Positions 1-12,525 are shown, counted from the stretch's first letter. The stretch is DNA of 64,000 bases from Antechinus flavipes (GCF_016432865.1 NC_067399.1:224626001-224690000), one strand, 5' to 3'. Notes: generated by a model not told the origin, from the sequence alone. Made by a program: numbers and translations.

Positions 1-1599
1 AGGCACAAGTACCTGGCATGTAATAGGTGCTTAATTCATGCATATTGATTGATTATAATAAGGTAAAGAATGTGATTCCTGTATAGACTATGAACTTCAC
101 CCTAGCTAAGTGTTTCATGGCCATGTTGTATGCTGTGGATCACAAGTGTGTGTCTAGACCAGTACAAGTCTGTCACTGCTGCTCAGAAAAGCAACAACTC
201 AAGTACATATCCTATGGTGTTGCATAGTGTTGATGAGATAATTATTGCTAAGCACTTTGCATATATTATTTCATTTGATCTTCACAATAGGTAAGCACTA
301 CAGATTTTTATTATCCCCATTTTACTCATAAGGCTCAGACTAAGTGCTATTCTGTTTTGAGTTGGCATTCAAACTCAGATCTTGCCTAATTCTGAGTCCA
401 TTCTGAGCTTTTTCTATATCATACTATACTAACTCTCTAACATTAGTTGACTAACATACATTGAACATTTTTCCTTCATATTAACCACAACTTGAAGATG
501 TATTATTTCAAGACACAGAAAATGTGTCAAGAATCTCTATGCAGCTGGTTATAATCAGGAAAAAAGGGTTTAGAGAGATACCATTCTTGTCAATGTAAGT
601 GATCAGAATAAATGGAACTTGCTTCAAAAGAAGGATCTTCAAACAACTTCTCAAAAGACAGAAGTGGAATTCAGGTTATTTTGTATTTTGCTGGTGGGAG
701 TGGGGTGTTAAATGCTATGGGATTGTTAAAAGTATCTTGGTAGATCTAGCTTCCTGGAACAAAGAAGTTAAATGAAAATTGAGGAGGGAACACAGCATTG
801 AATTTGGATTAATAGTTTGATAAAATTACATTTTACTTGTTTTTAAGCCAAATTAAAACGTCAACTTATAAAAACATCAACCTCCTGACTAATTTTTCCC
901 ACTATTTAGATGATCAGAGGGCCTAGTCAGAGGGGGCTAAATGAGCAAAAGTCAAGCCCAGTTACATAGTCAACCCCTAAGCTGGGTGTGGCAGTTTAAA
1001 CAAGGTGAGGTTCCCTTATTTCATTTTTAAGCTGGGTGAGGTAGCCCTAATACTAGCCAATGTTGGAGTTAAGCAAATTATCTAGTCCCATAGGCCTGGG
1101 CCTTTCACCCAGTGGAACTGTTGGGCAGTTTGCCAAGCCAATGTGGGAAGAGAAAATAAAATATAGAGTGATGGAAGTTTTGTTGATTTCTAGAACTGTT
1201 CTTCAGAGTTAGTTATTCTTTCACCTTGCCAGGGTACTTACCCTTTTACCCTGACATCTACCTGAATGGTTAAAGCTTTGCACAGAGACCTTAACTTCCC
1301 ACCATCCCCGGTTTACAAGCAAAGAGTGCCCAGGGAGTCAGCTGCTTACCCCAGAATTAGGGACAAATCGATAGATAACCTGCAAACACTCTTAGGGGAT
1401 TCAGACCACTTGGAGGCAAAAGGGGGCAGGGGTCCCGTCAGTTACAATCCCCCTGTGACAGATGGAGAAAGGCTAGCTATAGCTGATTTTATAGCCGCCC
1501 AGAATCCTCAGGGAAGAAGTAAGGCAGGGAAACCCAAACATTTTTGCAACGTACCCCACAACCAGGCTGTACGTTGTTCGATGATATCCCTGACCCTGC

Positions 1600-2320
1600 T
1601 TCCAGCCCAAGCAGCCCGGTGTCCCCGGCAGCGCACCCACCTGGGGCACACATGCCCAGTAGTAGCCCAGGTAGAAGGCGGCGCTAAGACCCAAGAAGAA
1701 AGGGACGAACTCGCTCCAGGAGCCGTCCTGCGGGCCCGGGTCTCCGGTCAGCATCTTCAGCCCGAGGCTTTCTCTTCGAGCTGGCCAGCTCGGGCTCCAA
1801 GGGCGAGTCTTCAACTTTGAAGGGAAGCCCCGCCCCACCGAACACTGGGCCCCACCCCGTGCACACGATTGGACGGTCGGGGCCCCGCCCCCGATGGTCC
1901 TCGCTGGGCCCCTCCCCTACAGGAGCTCTAGCTGGTGGACCCAAGTACAGTAGAGCAGAATGCGTGGGAGGGGAAAGACCCCGAAAATGTCAAAGAAACT
2001 AGGCTCTGAGGGGGCCAGCAGGCCCCAGGGCACGCAGGGATTGAGTGTCAGAGCCGGACCCGAGAGCCCCCAGGGACCCTGGAAACAGACGCTAGACCCG
2101 GCTTCTCCGTCAGCCTGGACAGCTGGACAAAGGCAGCGGGGATGCGCTTTACCGTGAGGTCGGCTATCCGTTCAGCACAAAGCCCTCATCCCTTGTCTTG
2201 TCTCTTCCCTCTCCTTTTTTCTCTCCACTCATCCTTTCCCTCCCTGTCTCTCGGAATTAGGAAGGATTCTCCTTCCCCCACAAGCTGTGCCACAACTCGC
2301 AATCACGTGATCGCGCGGTT
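1600..2320. promoter_or_regulatory. CpG-rich ABHD1 promoter / ABHD1-CGREF1 divergent region
   Basis: High CpG density. GC box near 1884-1891, CCAAT on minus (attgg about 1868-1872), palindromic E-box ATCACGTGAT at 2302-2311. Confidence 0.65.
1641..1754 (-). CDS. ABHD1: ABHD1 (alpha/beta-hydrolase domain protein 1), first coding exon; the rest of the gene lies left of the window
   Basis: ATG at 1754 reads MLTGDPGPQDGSWSEFVPFFLGLSAAFYLGYYWACVPQ (38 codons), then donor CAG|GTGGGT at 1640. The LGYYWACV motif and the exon length match the ABHD1 N-terminus as recalled. Head-to-head with CGREF1, as in human. Confidence 0.9.
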
Positions 2321-2441
2321 ACACAACCCCACACCTAGGGCTCACACACAAGGACTCAGATCACACAGTTACATGTCTGATATATCGCAGTCTCTCTCAC
2401 ATACATAGAAGCTGTGGCCAAGTTACATACTCAAAAACACA

Positions 2442-2850
2442 CCCCTCCTCCTCGCTTCTTTCTTTCCTTCTTTCTCTTCTTCCTTCTCTCCCTCTTTCCT
2501 TCTTCTCTTTTTCTCCTTCCTCCCTTCCCTTCTTTTTCCTCCTCTTTTTCTTTCTCTTTTCTCTCCTTCCTTAACTTTTCTTCCTTATTTCTCCTTCCTC
2601 TTTCCCTCCTTCCTCCCTCACTTACCTCCTTTTTTCCTTCTTTCCAATCTTCTTTTCTTCCTTTCTTCCTTCCTTCCCTCCTTCCCAAGCTCCCTTCTTC
2701 CCTACCCTCTCAATCCTTCCTTCCTTTTTTCCTTTCTTCCTTTCTTCCCTCCCTCCCAAGTTCCCTTCTTCCCTACCCTCTCAATCCTTCCCTCCTTTTT
2801 TCCTCCTGTTTTTCTTTGCTCCCTTCTTTTTCTTTCTTCCTCCCTTTCTC
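2442..2850. repeat. About 410-bp polypyrimidine (CT-rich) low-complexity tract with an internal about 71-bp duplication
   Basis: Almost only C/T. The block cccaag(c/t)tcccttcttccctaccctctcaatccttcc occurs at 2684 and 2755. Confidence 0.95.
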
Positions 2851-3399
2851 AAACACACATCATCGCTCCCACACAGAGGCAGTGACTGCCCACAGAAGTC
2901 ACATAGTTACAAAGCCAATGTAACATCCTCCAGAGTCTGCCTTTATCAGGTACACATGGAAGCAGTAGCTGCACACTCAACATATCTTCCACAGTCTGTC
3001 TGTCTCACATAGAGATGCAGACACACAGTAGTGAAAGAGTGGCACGTATACACAGCCAATGTAACATTCTCCCCTGTCTCTGCTTCTACATTCATCACAC
3101 AGAGGAAGTCATGATTATACAGCCCAAACAACGGAGCTTTCCCTGCAGACACAACAGATAGAGCGACAGCCCTTGCGCTTCCCATCAGCAATAGGCTACA
3201 CAGTGCTGTCAGATGGTTATACATCCTCAAAAGTGACAGCCAGCAGGGCATAGTCACATCCCCAACTCAACACCTCCCCCCACCCCGATCCGCGCCTGCT
3301 CCCCTTCGTCTCTTATCTCATTGGCACACTCGATTAAACACAGAGTACATCTCCCCAAACGCTTTTCTAGCGAACTGGTAAATTGGAGGGAAGATGCAG

Positions 3400-3654
3400 T
3401 CCGGGGTGTGGTGGGGCGGGGCTCTCTTCCAAGTCCCGGGGACTAGAGGTCTGCTGAGGTCTCCTGCTTTCCCTCTGCCCCGCGGCTCCGGGCAGGGGCC
3501 GTGCCCGTGCCCGCAGCGGGGAGGGAAACGCTTGGCGACGTGGAGTGGCCACGTGGAGCGGACCTGGGGCGGGGATCAGCCGCGGCTACAGCGCGGCAGG
3601 CGAGACAAAGCCAAGGGGGCTCGTGGCAAGCCAGCACAGGAGCTCCCACAGCAG
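3400..3654 (+). other. CGREF1: Probable non-coding first exon and CpG-rich promoter of CGREF1 (start approximate)
   Basis: GC boxes (ggggcggggc about 3413, ggggcgggga about 3566), CpG cluster, and a strong donor CAG|GTGAGT at 3654/3655 upstream of the first coding exon. Confidence 0.6.
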
Positions 3655-3984
3655 GTGAGTCTGGAGCGGGTCAGAAGTTCCCAGGCTCGACGAGGGGGCC
3701 GGGCCACCCACAGGGAGGTGGGGAGGTGGGAAGGGTTCCACCGTTTATTTGGGAGAAGGGTAGATACCAAGGAGAGAGAGTGTGGGGGACTGACCGTGAC
3801 AATGACAGTGACAGTCAGGGTTTGTGTGTTCCCTTATTCAGTGTTACAGAAGGTTTGAGTTGGGCAATAAACATACCATATAGCTAATAGTGTGATGCCT
3901 CTGAGGAAACGGCCACAGCTGATAAAACAACTAGACTCAATTAATTGATGTAAAAGATTTAGAACAAGGGAAGTGATAGCACCA

Positions 3985-4100
3985 TCATTTTCTGGTCAGA
4001 CCTGAAGCATTGTTTCCACTTCAGGGGTCCACATTTCAAGACAGACATTGATAAGCTTAAGCATATCTAGAGGAGGGTGATCCATGATGGGGGGAGGATA
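3985..4100 (+). mobile_element. L3/CR1 LINE remnant; probably continues at about 5500-5720
   Basis: Degenerate CR1-type 3' ORF2 sequence (ggtcagacct...gacattgataagct...tagaggagggtga..gatgg), recognised by eye. Confidence 0.5.
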
Positions 4101-4226
4101 ATAGAGCTGGACACCAAATAATAATAGTATGACGGTGTTGATATTTATATAGTACTTTCAGGTTTGCAAAATGCTTGACTTAAGATTATCTCATTTGGTT
4201 CCCGTGACAACTGAGAAATAGGTACT

Positions 4227-5191
4227 TTTTAAATTAATTTTTATTTTAGTTTTTAACATTTACTTTTATAAGATTTTGATTTCCATTTTTCCTCCCCTTT
4301 TCCCCTCCCCCTCTTCTAGACAGCAAGAAATCTGACATAGATCATATATGTACAAAATTATATTAAACATATTTTCCCATTAGTCACGTTGTGAAAGAAT
4401 CAGAGCAAAAGGGAAAAACCATGAGAAAGAAAGAAAAAAATAGAAAAGAAGATGCTTCAATCTGCATTCCTACACCATAGTTCTTTCTCTGGATTGGATA
4501 GCATTTTCCATCATGAGTCTTTTGGAATTGTCTTAGATTATTGTATTGTTGAGAAGAGCCAAATCTATCAGAGTTGATCATCACGGTGTTGCTGTAATTG
4601 TGTACAAAGTTCTTCTGGTTCTCTGCTTACTTCACTCAACAGTGAAGAGTCTTCCCAGGTTTTTCTGAAATCCACCTGCTCATCAGTTTTTATAGAACAA
4701 TAACATTCCATTGCATTCATATGCCACAATATGTTCAGCCATTCACCAGTTGGTGGGCATGCTCTCAATTTCCAATTCTTTGCCATCACAAAGAGTTGTT
4801 ATAAACATTTTTGCATATATGGATCTTTTCCCTTTTTATGATCTCTTTGGGATACAGATCTAGTAGTGGTATTGCTGGATGAGAAGGACAATGTTTGATT
4901 GTCCTTTGGCCATGGTTCCAAATTGCTCTCCAGAATGGTTGGATCAGTTCACAACTCCATCAATAGTGCATTAGGGTTCCAATTTTCCCACATCCTCTCC
5001 TAACATTTATCATTTTCCCTTTTTGTCATATTAGCCAATCTCTGATAGATGTGAGGTAGTATCTCAGAATTGTTTTAATTTGCATTTTTCTAATTGATAG
5101 TGTTTTAGAGCATTTTTTCATATGACTATAGATGGCTTTAATTTCTTCACCTGAAAAAGTACCTATTCATATCCTTTGCCCATTTATCAAC
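4227..5191 (-). mobile_element. 5'-truncated L1 inserted inside a CORE-SINE (SINE halves about 4110-4226 and 5192-5280)
   Basis: ORF 4568-4789 (AKNWKLRACPPTGEWLNILWHMNAMECYCSIK) is an L1 ORF2 C-terminus. T-rich end near 4227. TSD-like taggtact (4219) / taggtgct (5192). Confidence 0.8.
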
Positions 5192-5759
5192 TAGGTGCTA
5201 TTATTAATCCCATTTTACAAATGAGACTGAAAAAAATTTAATAATTTGGCCAAAGTAAGTGGCTACTAAGTGTCCAAGGTGGCATAGAGAATAGAGTACC
5301 CATCCTGGAATCAGGAGAAGCTGAGTTCAAATCCCACCTCAGACACTTATTAAACTGTGTGGGCAATTTGATTGACCCTGTTGTCTGACTTGTTTGACAT
5401 GACTGAAAAGACTGAACGCTAATAACAACAATAAATGTCTAAGGCACAATTTGAATTCAATCCTTCCTAACTATAAGTCTAGCTCTGAGATCCACTGAGG
5501 TCATATGAGAAGCATTTAAAGGATCTGGAAAACAGCTATGTGAAAAGTTATGTGAATAAGGGCTATCACACAAACAGGAATAAAATTCTGTTCTAGAGAA
5601 CAGGCCTAGGGTCAGGGAGTAGAAATTATGGGAAGGCAGATCTCAATTCAGGAGTGTTCAGGGAGCCAATTCTGAAGTGTTCCACTTGATGAATGCCTAT
5701 CAGGGATGCTAAAGATAGGTTACTGAGTTTCAAGCCCTTATAACTTCTCAACAGGGCTA

Positions 5760-6410
5760 TTGCATTAGCCTTCTAATTGGTCTCCTTGCCCTGATTCTCT
5801 CTTCCTTTTCCAAGTCATCCTATACCTAGCTACCATAATGATTTTCCTGTTTTCCATGTCTGGAATATACTTGTTCCTCACCCCTAACTTTAGAAACCCT
5901 TTGTTATTATTTAGTCATTTCTTTGTGACTCCATTTGGGGTTTTAGATATTGGAGCAATTTGCCATTTCCTTCTCCAGCTCATTTGACAGATGAGGAAAT
6001 TGAGGCAAACACGGGTAAGTGACTTAACCAGGGTCACACAGCTAGTGTCTGAGGCTGGAACTGAACTCATGTCTTACTAATTTGAGGCCTGGTGCTCTAT
6101 CTACAGAGCCATATAGTTGCCCTCTAAAATCCATAGTTTCTTTTAAAGTTCTCAATTCAAGCACTAATTTCTAAATAAGGCCTACTTTGTCTCCTACCCC
6201 TACCTCAGCTGCTAGTGCTTTCGTTTCTGAAACTATTTTGTGTTTATTTTGCATCTACTTTAATAGGTATATGTTGTATACCTCCCCCACTATAAAATGC
6301 AACCTCCTTGAGAGTGATAACTATTTCATTCTATCCTTATATCCTAATGGCCACAATAATGCTTGGCACATAATATGCCCTTAATATATATGCTACTTGA
6401 GTGATTTAGA
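5760..6410 (+). mobile_element. L2 3' remnant interrupted by an antisense MAR1-like CORE-SINE (about 5905-6125)
   Basis: L2-type 3' end (cctccttgagag...ttggcacataa). The inner SINE has the core gatgaggaaattgaggc...aagtgactt..ccagggtcacacagctagt. Confidence 0.6.
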
Positions 6411-6754
6411 AACCTCTAAGGTACCTTCCGGTTCTAAGATTCTGTATTCTTGAAATACTATGTTTATGAAATAAATTCTCATTGAGTACTAACCTTACAG
6501 AGGATTAAAAAATAGATTAGTCATGGCTCCCTTCAGTTTAAAAGGAATTTAAAACCTGGTAGGGAAGATAAGGTATCTCCATAAATGACTAGAGTACAAG
6601 GTAGAATGTGAGAAGTGTCATAAAGGACAGTATTCAAAAATGCATTTTGAACCTGAATTTGAAACATGTAGATTTCAGTGGGCACAGATGAGGATGAGAA
6701 GGGCATTTCAGACAGAGGGAATAGAACAAAACAAAGACCTAATCAAGAGAACAA

Positions 6755-7093
6755 TTTATACAGCAAACAGCCCTCTTGTAAAGATAATCAACTCTGAAAG
6801 ACTTAATAGCTCTGATTAATACAATGACAGACCAAAATTCCAAAGGACTCAGATTGAAACATGCTCTTGATCTCCAGAAAGAGAACTGGTGAACTCAGAG
6901 TGCAAACTGAAGCATATTTTTTTTGGTCTTTCTTTTCTTTTTCTTGGAACATGACTAATGTGGAAATTTGTTTTGTATGTCTATAATATAATATTGATGA
7001 TAGATTTTGTTTTCCTTGCTTTCTCAATCAGTTTGGGGAGAGAGAGAATTTTGAAGTAAAAATGAAATAAAACTAAATTTAACTATTAAAAAA
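6755..7093 (+). mobile_element. L1 3' UTR fragment with A-rich tail
   Basis: Marsupial L1-type 3' UTR (ccagaaagagaactggtgaactc...atgtggaaatttgttttg), ending aaataaaactaaatttaactattaaaaaaaa. Confidence 0.6.
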
Positions 7094-8294
7094 AAGTTCA
7101 AGAGTAATAGACATCAACAAAGAACTGTATTGCAGGGATGAAGATGGTCATGGGGATTCACATTGACAGCTAGAGCCCTTCATTATTTAGTATTCTTCTG
7201 ATGGGAGAAAATGAGGAGGATCCCTATCATTTGGTAGACACCTTGTGGAAATTTTTGAAAAAACATGGAGAATGAGTAGACATGGAGGAATTGTAATATG
7301 CATTGTTAAAGAGGACTCTCAAAATGATGAGACCAGACCCAGCTGAGTCTTTGAATATTTAAATATTACTTTGCCATTTGGTATATTTCCTACCATCCCC
7401 TGATGGGGTGAGGAGAAAAATTGCTTTTAGGAAATATAACTCATCATTAGTAACAATTAGCAGTCAATAAGCAGAACATCTAAGGATCTATGTATTTTTC
7501 CCCCCTGGGAAATTAAAAAATAACTTAAAAAAAGATAAGGTGTATTTGGGGAAAACAAAAGAAAGCTGTCATTGTGGATAGAGGGCCAATATTTCTTGTC
7601 CTTTAAGTTTTTTTTTTTTTTTTCTTTCTGCATACTCAGGAGGGTAGTTGCCAAGGCTAAAATTCTCATCTCCCAAGATTTCAGGTTTCTGGCTTACTGG
7701 AGAAACACAAGAACAAATGAAGACAGCCAGGGACTCATTGTCACTTAGACAGATAACTGTTCTTGCTGCTATGTCTTGAATTGTATGTAACCATTTCAGT
7801 TTTGGTGCCTCCCCCTCAACATGCTAATTTAGTCCAGGAAAGAACTAGCAGAGTCCTAAAAAGAGAACTTCCTTCTCATAGCCAACTAAGGGGAGAGATT
7901 TCCTCCTAACTTTTTGTTCAATTATTTTTTGACCCAACCTCAACCATCCAGAGAACAAGGAATTAATCCATCAAGAGTGTGAGTATCATATGCCCTTTAG
8001 CAAGGACCAGAGATGCTCATAGAAAGGAGCCAGAGTATAGGCCTAGAACTATGTCTCAGTCTCTTCCTTACCTATTGTTTTCACTCTGTGACATCACTGA
8101 GATCTACCTTCAGATTGAACACTTCCAATGATAGAGAACTCTCTATAACTTTACCTTTCATTCCATTCATTAAGAGGATGTTTATTCAGTTATCAGATTA
8201 ATATGGGCAATCATTGTTAATTATATGAATACAAGCATATATGTATATTTACATATATGGGGATGAAGAAGGTAAGTGGGTGGTGATGGGAAAA

Positions 8295-8515
8295 AGCTGG
8301 ACACCAAATGATTTATATAGTACTTTAACGTTTAAAAGATGCTTTACATAAATTATCTTATTTGATTCTTACAACTCTGGGAAGTAATTATCCCCATTTT
8401 ACATATGAGGAAACTGTGGCTGAGAAAGGTAAAATGACTTGTCCAAAGTCACACAGTAAGTATCCAAGGCAGACTTTGAACTCGGGTCTTCTGGATTCTA
8501 AGTCCATCATTAGAT
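8295..8515 (-). mobile_element. CORE-SINE (MIR/MAR1 family)
   Basis: ccccattttacatatgaggaaactgtggct...tgacttgtccaaagtcacacag...tgaactcgggtctt. Boundaries approximate. Confidence 0.7.
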
Positions 8516-9109
8516 GCATTTCATAAGAGCAGAACTAAGGTTATGAATAGGTGGAGGCATGTGGTCTTATGGATTCTAAGGAGACTCCCTTCAATAAAAC
8601 TGGTCCTTTAGAGTTGCAGATATTCCATCTTTATAGATCTATTCCTTTGAGTTAACAAGTGTTCTCTCTTAAAACATAAATTCTCCTAGGCAGGTAGCCC
8701 TTTGAGAGCTTATCACACTTTAATCATTAGATTCCTGTTAATTGCCAGCTGAAGTTCTAACCCCAGAGAATGGAAGTTTTAATGGGGGTTGGGTTTTGAA
8801 TGGGGAAGAAGGGAAAAAACGGGAATTTTAGAGGCAGTATATTATCCTTGGATAGAAGTTTGGGTGGGCTATGGAGAGCTCTGGATAGTCAGATGGCAGC
8901 TTTGGCCCTTGAGGCAGCCAGGGACAGAAAATCCTTCTATTTGTTACATTATATTTATATTATCATTTCCTCTTAATATGATGTAAACTTCTCGAGGACA
9001 AGATCTATTTCATTTTTATCTTTGTTATCTCCATCACCTAGCACAGTTCTTAATATATATATATATATATATATATATAGTATGCACTAGCTATAATAAT
9101 AGTGATAAT

Positions 9110-9330
9110 AATAATAATAGTAGTAATAGCTAATGTACTGTGTGCTAGGCATTGTGTAATTATAAGCGCTCTTACAATTATCTCATTTGATCTTTACAAC
9201 AACATTGGGAGGTAGGTGCTATTATTATCATCCCAATTTTAAAGATGAAGAAACTGAGGCATAAGGGTTAAATGACTTGCCTAGAGTAACACAGCTAGTG
9301 AGTATCTGAGACAGGCTTCATGCCCTGGTA
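9110..9330 (-). mobile_element. CORE-SINE, next to a (TA)n microsatellite at about 9052-9079
   Basis: tctcatttgatctttacaacaac...gatgaagaaactgaggc...tgacttgcctagagtaacacagctagt. Confidence 0.7.
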
Positions 9331-10254
9331 TTCCTGAGTCATAAAAAGTCAGAACTTGTTGGAATTGTAGAGATTATTGGTTCACAGTTCCTTACAGTAG
9401 TGACAGTTTCTGTTTTAGCCTCTCAATTTTTTCTGTCTCTCAGACAAGTTTATCTCTCTCCTAGTCTCTATCTTTGTTTAAGTCTTTATCTTAACAATAT
9501 TTACGTCTTTCTATTTTTTCCCCCTGTATATGTCTGTGAATTTCTTTTTTTCCTGTCCTGCTCTGTTTTTAGGTTCTTCTACCCCAGGAGTAAGGTTAAG
9601 GCAGAGGAGCTTGGGGAACTCAAGACAAGTAAAGTGGTAGAGGAAGTAAAGGAGGTAAGTGTCCAGCTATTTGGTAGCAGTGAAAAGAATTTTGCTAAAG
9701 ATATTGATCTTCAAATCAAAAGATATTTTCGTTCTAATTATGCCACTAATTAGCAGTGTAACCTCGAGGTAACTCTCTTCCAAGTTTCTCACCTCAGAGC
9801 CTCAGTTTCTTCATCTGCAAAAAGAGGGGGTTGAATTAGAAGATCTTTAAAGTCCCTTCCAGCACTAACTTTCTGTGGTTCCTCCCTTGGTCATCTTGGT
9901 CTTTACCAAAGACAATGGTAACTGGTCCTTGAGAGGAAGAATTATAACAATTGGTATTGTTATGGCACTTTAATATTACAAAGTGTTTTAAATGGCAATG
10001 ATCCTGTTAGGCACTATAGGTGTCACTATTTCCTTTTTATAGATGAGGAAACTGAAACTCAGGAAGGCTATTAAAAAACTTGCTCACTAATCATATAGCT
10101 GTTGTCTTCATGGAAGGATTTGAACCCAAATGTCTTCTGATTCTAAATTCAGTGACCTTTTCACTATACTACACTGGCAGTATAGGTGTACAGGAGGTAC
10201 AGTAATTCCACTTCCTGACTCTCTGATCTTTGTCTTGGTTCCGTTTCAGGGAAA

Positions 10255-10662
10255 ATGTTGTCCTTGTTACTGTGGCTATGGCTGGTACCAATGGATCAGG
10301 CTGCTCCCAAAGATGGGGCTGCCAGGTAGGTGGGGAAAAGAGCACATGTGGGGTGAGGGAGGCAAAGGTATGGGGCTGGGAACAGAGAGAACTGGGGAGC
10401 ATCTGAGAAGGTGGACTTGCCAATCTACATCTGTGGCAGTAGTTTCTACATCCTGAGAGTTCTCTGTTCAAGTCTACATCAAAATTGTGTTGGCTAATAT
10501 TTCCTCTGTAACCTACAAACCTGAACGAAATTTAGTCAGCCCTTATCCTCATTCCACCTCCACTATCCAGAGAGACAGAGAGAGGAGACAGAAGACAGAG
10601 ATAGGAAGAAGAGGAGAAATGAGAGAGAGGGAGGGAAAGAGGAGGGAGAGAAAGAAGGGGAA

Positions 10663-10693
<31 letters not shown>

Positions 10694-12434
10694 GACTAAG
10701 ACTCCGGGGGGGGGGGGAGGGAGGAAGAGGGAGGAAAGAAGAGAGAGAGTGTGTGTTCCAGGTCACTCCAAAAGAGGGGAATACAGACTAAAGTTGGAAG
10801 GATACCTAGAGGATACCATTTTAACCTGAGGCCCAAACAGGTTAAGTGACTTGCTCCCTCAAGATTTCCCAGATGGGAAGCAGCAGAGTTGGGATTCAAA
10901 CTCCAGGCCTCTGAATGAACCAAGGTTTTCCCCTCAGGACTGGTATGTTCTTTTTCCTGGGTGTCTATCTTTTGGGACCCTGATGAGAGGATCATTTTTC
11001 ACTTATTTTCTTAATGCTGAGAAGTATCTTTGGCTGCTTGTGGCTAAGAGATTTGGAAAACACCCTGAGGTGACTGCCCTGGGCCTCATAAGCTGCTGGT
11101 CTTTTGCCTCTCTCTCCAGGATAGAGGCTGAAGCAGGACTTGATCTGCCATCAAACCCCTTTCAGTCAGGCCAGGAGCAGTTTGGGTAAGTAAGCTGGGA
11201 AGGGGAGAGGGAAAAAGGTGAGGGAAGAGTCCTGTAGAGCTGGCTTCTGGGAGCTGGGAGCCTTTAGTCTCACCTCCAAGTGCTAAATCTTCTGTTGTTC
11301 CAATAGTTTATTGCAGAATTACCTGAAAGGACTGGGCCAGGCCTCTGGGGACCTGGAACATTTGAGCCGAGAACAGGGTAAGCTTGGGCCCATAAAGATG
11401 GACAAGAAGGGGAGTCATTGTTCCCACATCCTTCTACAATCTTGTCCTCTTTCACTTCAGCACTTCCCTGACCCCGCCTCTCCTTTGCAGTGCTATTATA
11501 TCTCTTTGCACTCCATGACTTTGATCAGAGTGGACAGCTGGATGGCTTGGAGCTTTTGGCTATGCTCAAAGAAGCTCTGTTTCCTGGAGCCCGAGCTTCA
11601 TCTTCTACAAGCCAGGTATGGATTCCTATTTGAGGCCTCTGGCTGGAGAAAAGCTTTCTGTTGTTCATGCCCTCTGTCTAGGCCTTTGGGGAGTCATGGT
11701 GAATCCCAGAGCAGGAATGCTAGTGATCCTGGGGACATCTCAAACTGTTTTAAGGCCCATCAAGTACAATTCCTGGCAATGACAACCCGGTTGTATTGCT
11801 ACAGGTGATCAGAGTGGTAGACAAAGTGCTGGAAACCCAGGACCTGGACAGAGATGGACTGGTGACACCTGCAGAGCTGCTCACCCTTCCTGGAGGTGCT
11901 CTGAGGTACAAAGAACCACAGGTGTCCTCTGTTTCACCTCAACGCTCAGAAATTGTTGGCAGTCCTGCCTTGTTGGCGATAAAGCTATTAGAACAAGGCA
12001 CTAGGGAGGCCATGATCCAGGAAGAAGTCACAGGCCCTGGAGGGGAAGATGGAAAGAAAGCCACAGATCTTGCACAAGAGGCTAGGAGCCCGGGGGAGGC
12101 CGCAGGTCCTGGAGAGAATGACATGATGGTCACAGACTCTGAGCAAGAGGCCAAGAGCTTGGGGGAGGCCACAGGCCCTGAAGAGGATGGAAAGAAGGTC
12201 CCGAACCTTGAGCAGGAGGCCAGGAGCTTGGAGGAGGCCATAGGAAGCCCTGGAGGGGAAGTGGTTTACCAAAGCGAAGCAGGAGAGGAAGTCAAGGGTC
12301 CTTTAGGGGAAGTTGGAGAAGGGATGGAGATTATTGTGGCCGAATTAGAAACCCTAGGAGAACGTTTGGAACCTGGAGAGGTTCCAGGTGAGTTTGAAAG
12401 GCATGCAATTCAGCTGGAAAATGATGAAATGTGA
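10255..12434 (+). CDS. CGREF1: CGREF1 (cell growth regulator with EF-hand domain 1), 320 aa; join(10255-10325,11120-11185,11307-11377,11491-11615,11805-12434)
   Basis: All introns GT-AG; phases close to 963 nt. Signal peptide MLSLLLWLWLVPMDQA-APKDG, then PSNPFQSGQEQFGLLQNYLKGLG, EF-hand loops DFDQSGQLDGLE and DLDRDGLVTPAE, and an acidic tail ending IQLENDEM (human ends VQVENDEI as recalled). Confidence 0.95.
10570..10750. repeat. Purine-rich (GA)n/G-run low-complexity tract in CGREF1 intron 2
   Basis: (GA)n at about 10665-10690 and a G12 run at 10706-10717. Confidence 0.9.
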
Positions 12435-12490
12435 GTGTTAGGATTAAGTCACAGTCCTGGAAGCTTTGCTCCTACATGAAGACATCAGAC

Positions 12491-12492
<2 letters not shown>

Positions 12493-12525
<33 letters not shown>
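12493..12525. repeat. (GT)n microsatellite in the CGREF1 3' UTR
   Basis: About 16 GT units. Confidence 0.95.

Noticed and set aside
1-1640. Further ABHD1 exons
   Set aside because: No match on minus to the expected next-exon peptide (FYPTLWCFEGRLQ-like); the exon must lie outside the window.
2414-2923. Long F/L/S/P-rich and K/E/R-rich ORFs
   Set aside because: Translations of the CT low-complexity tract.
6856-6865. p53 half-site AAACATGCTC in intron 1 of CGREF1 (described as p53-inducible)
   Set aside because: Single decamer without an adjacent second half-site, inside an L1 3' UTR remnant.
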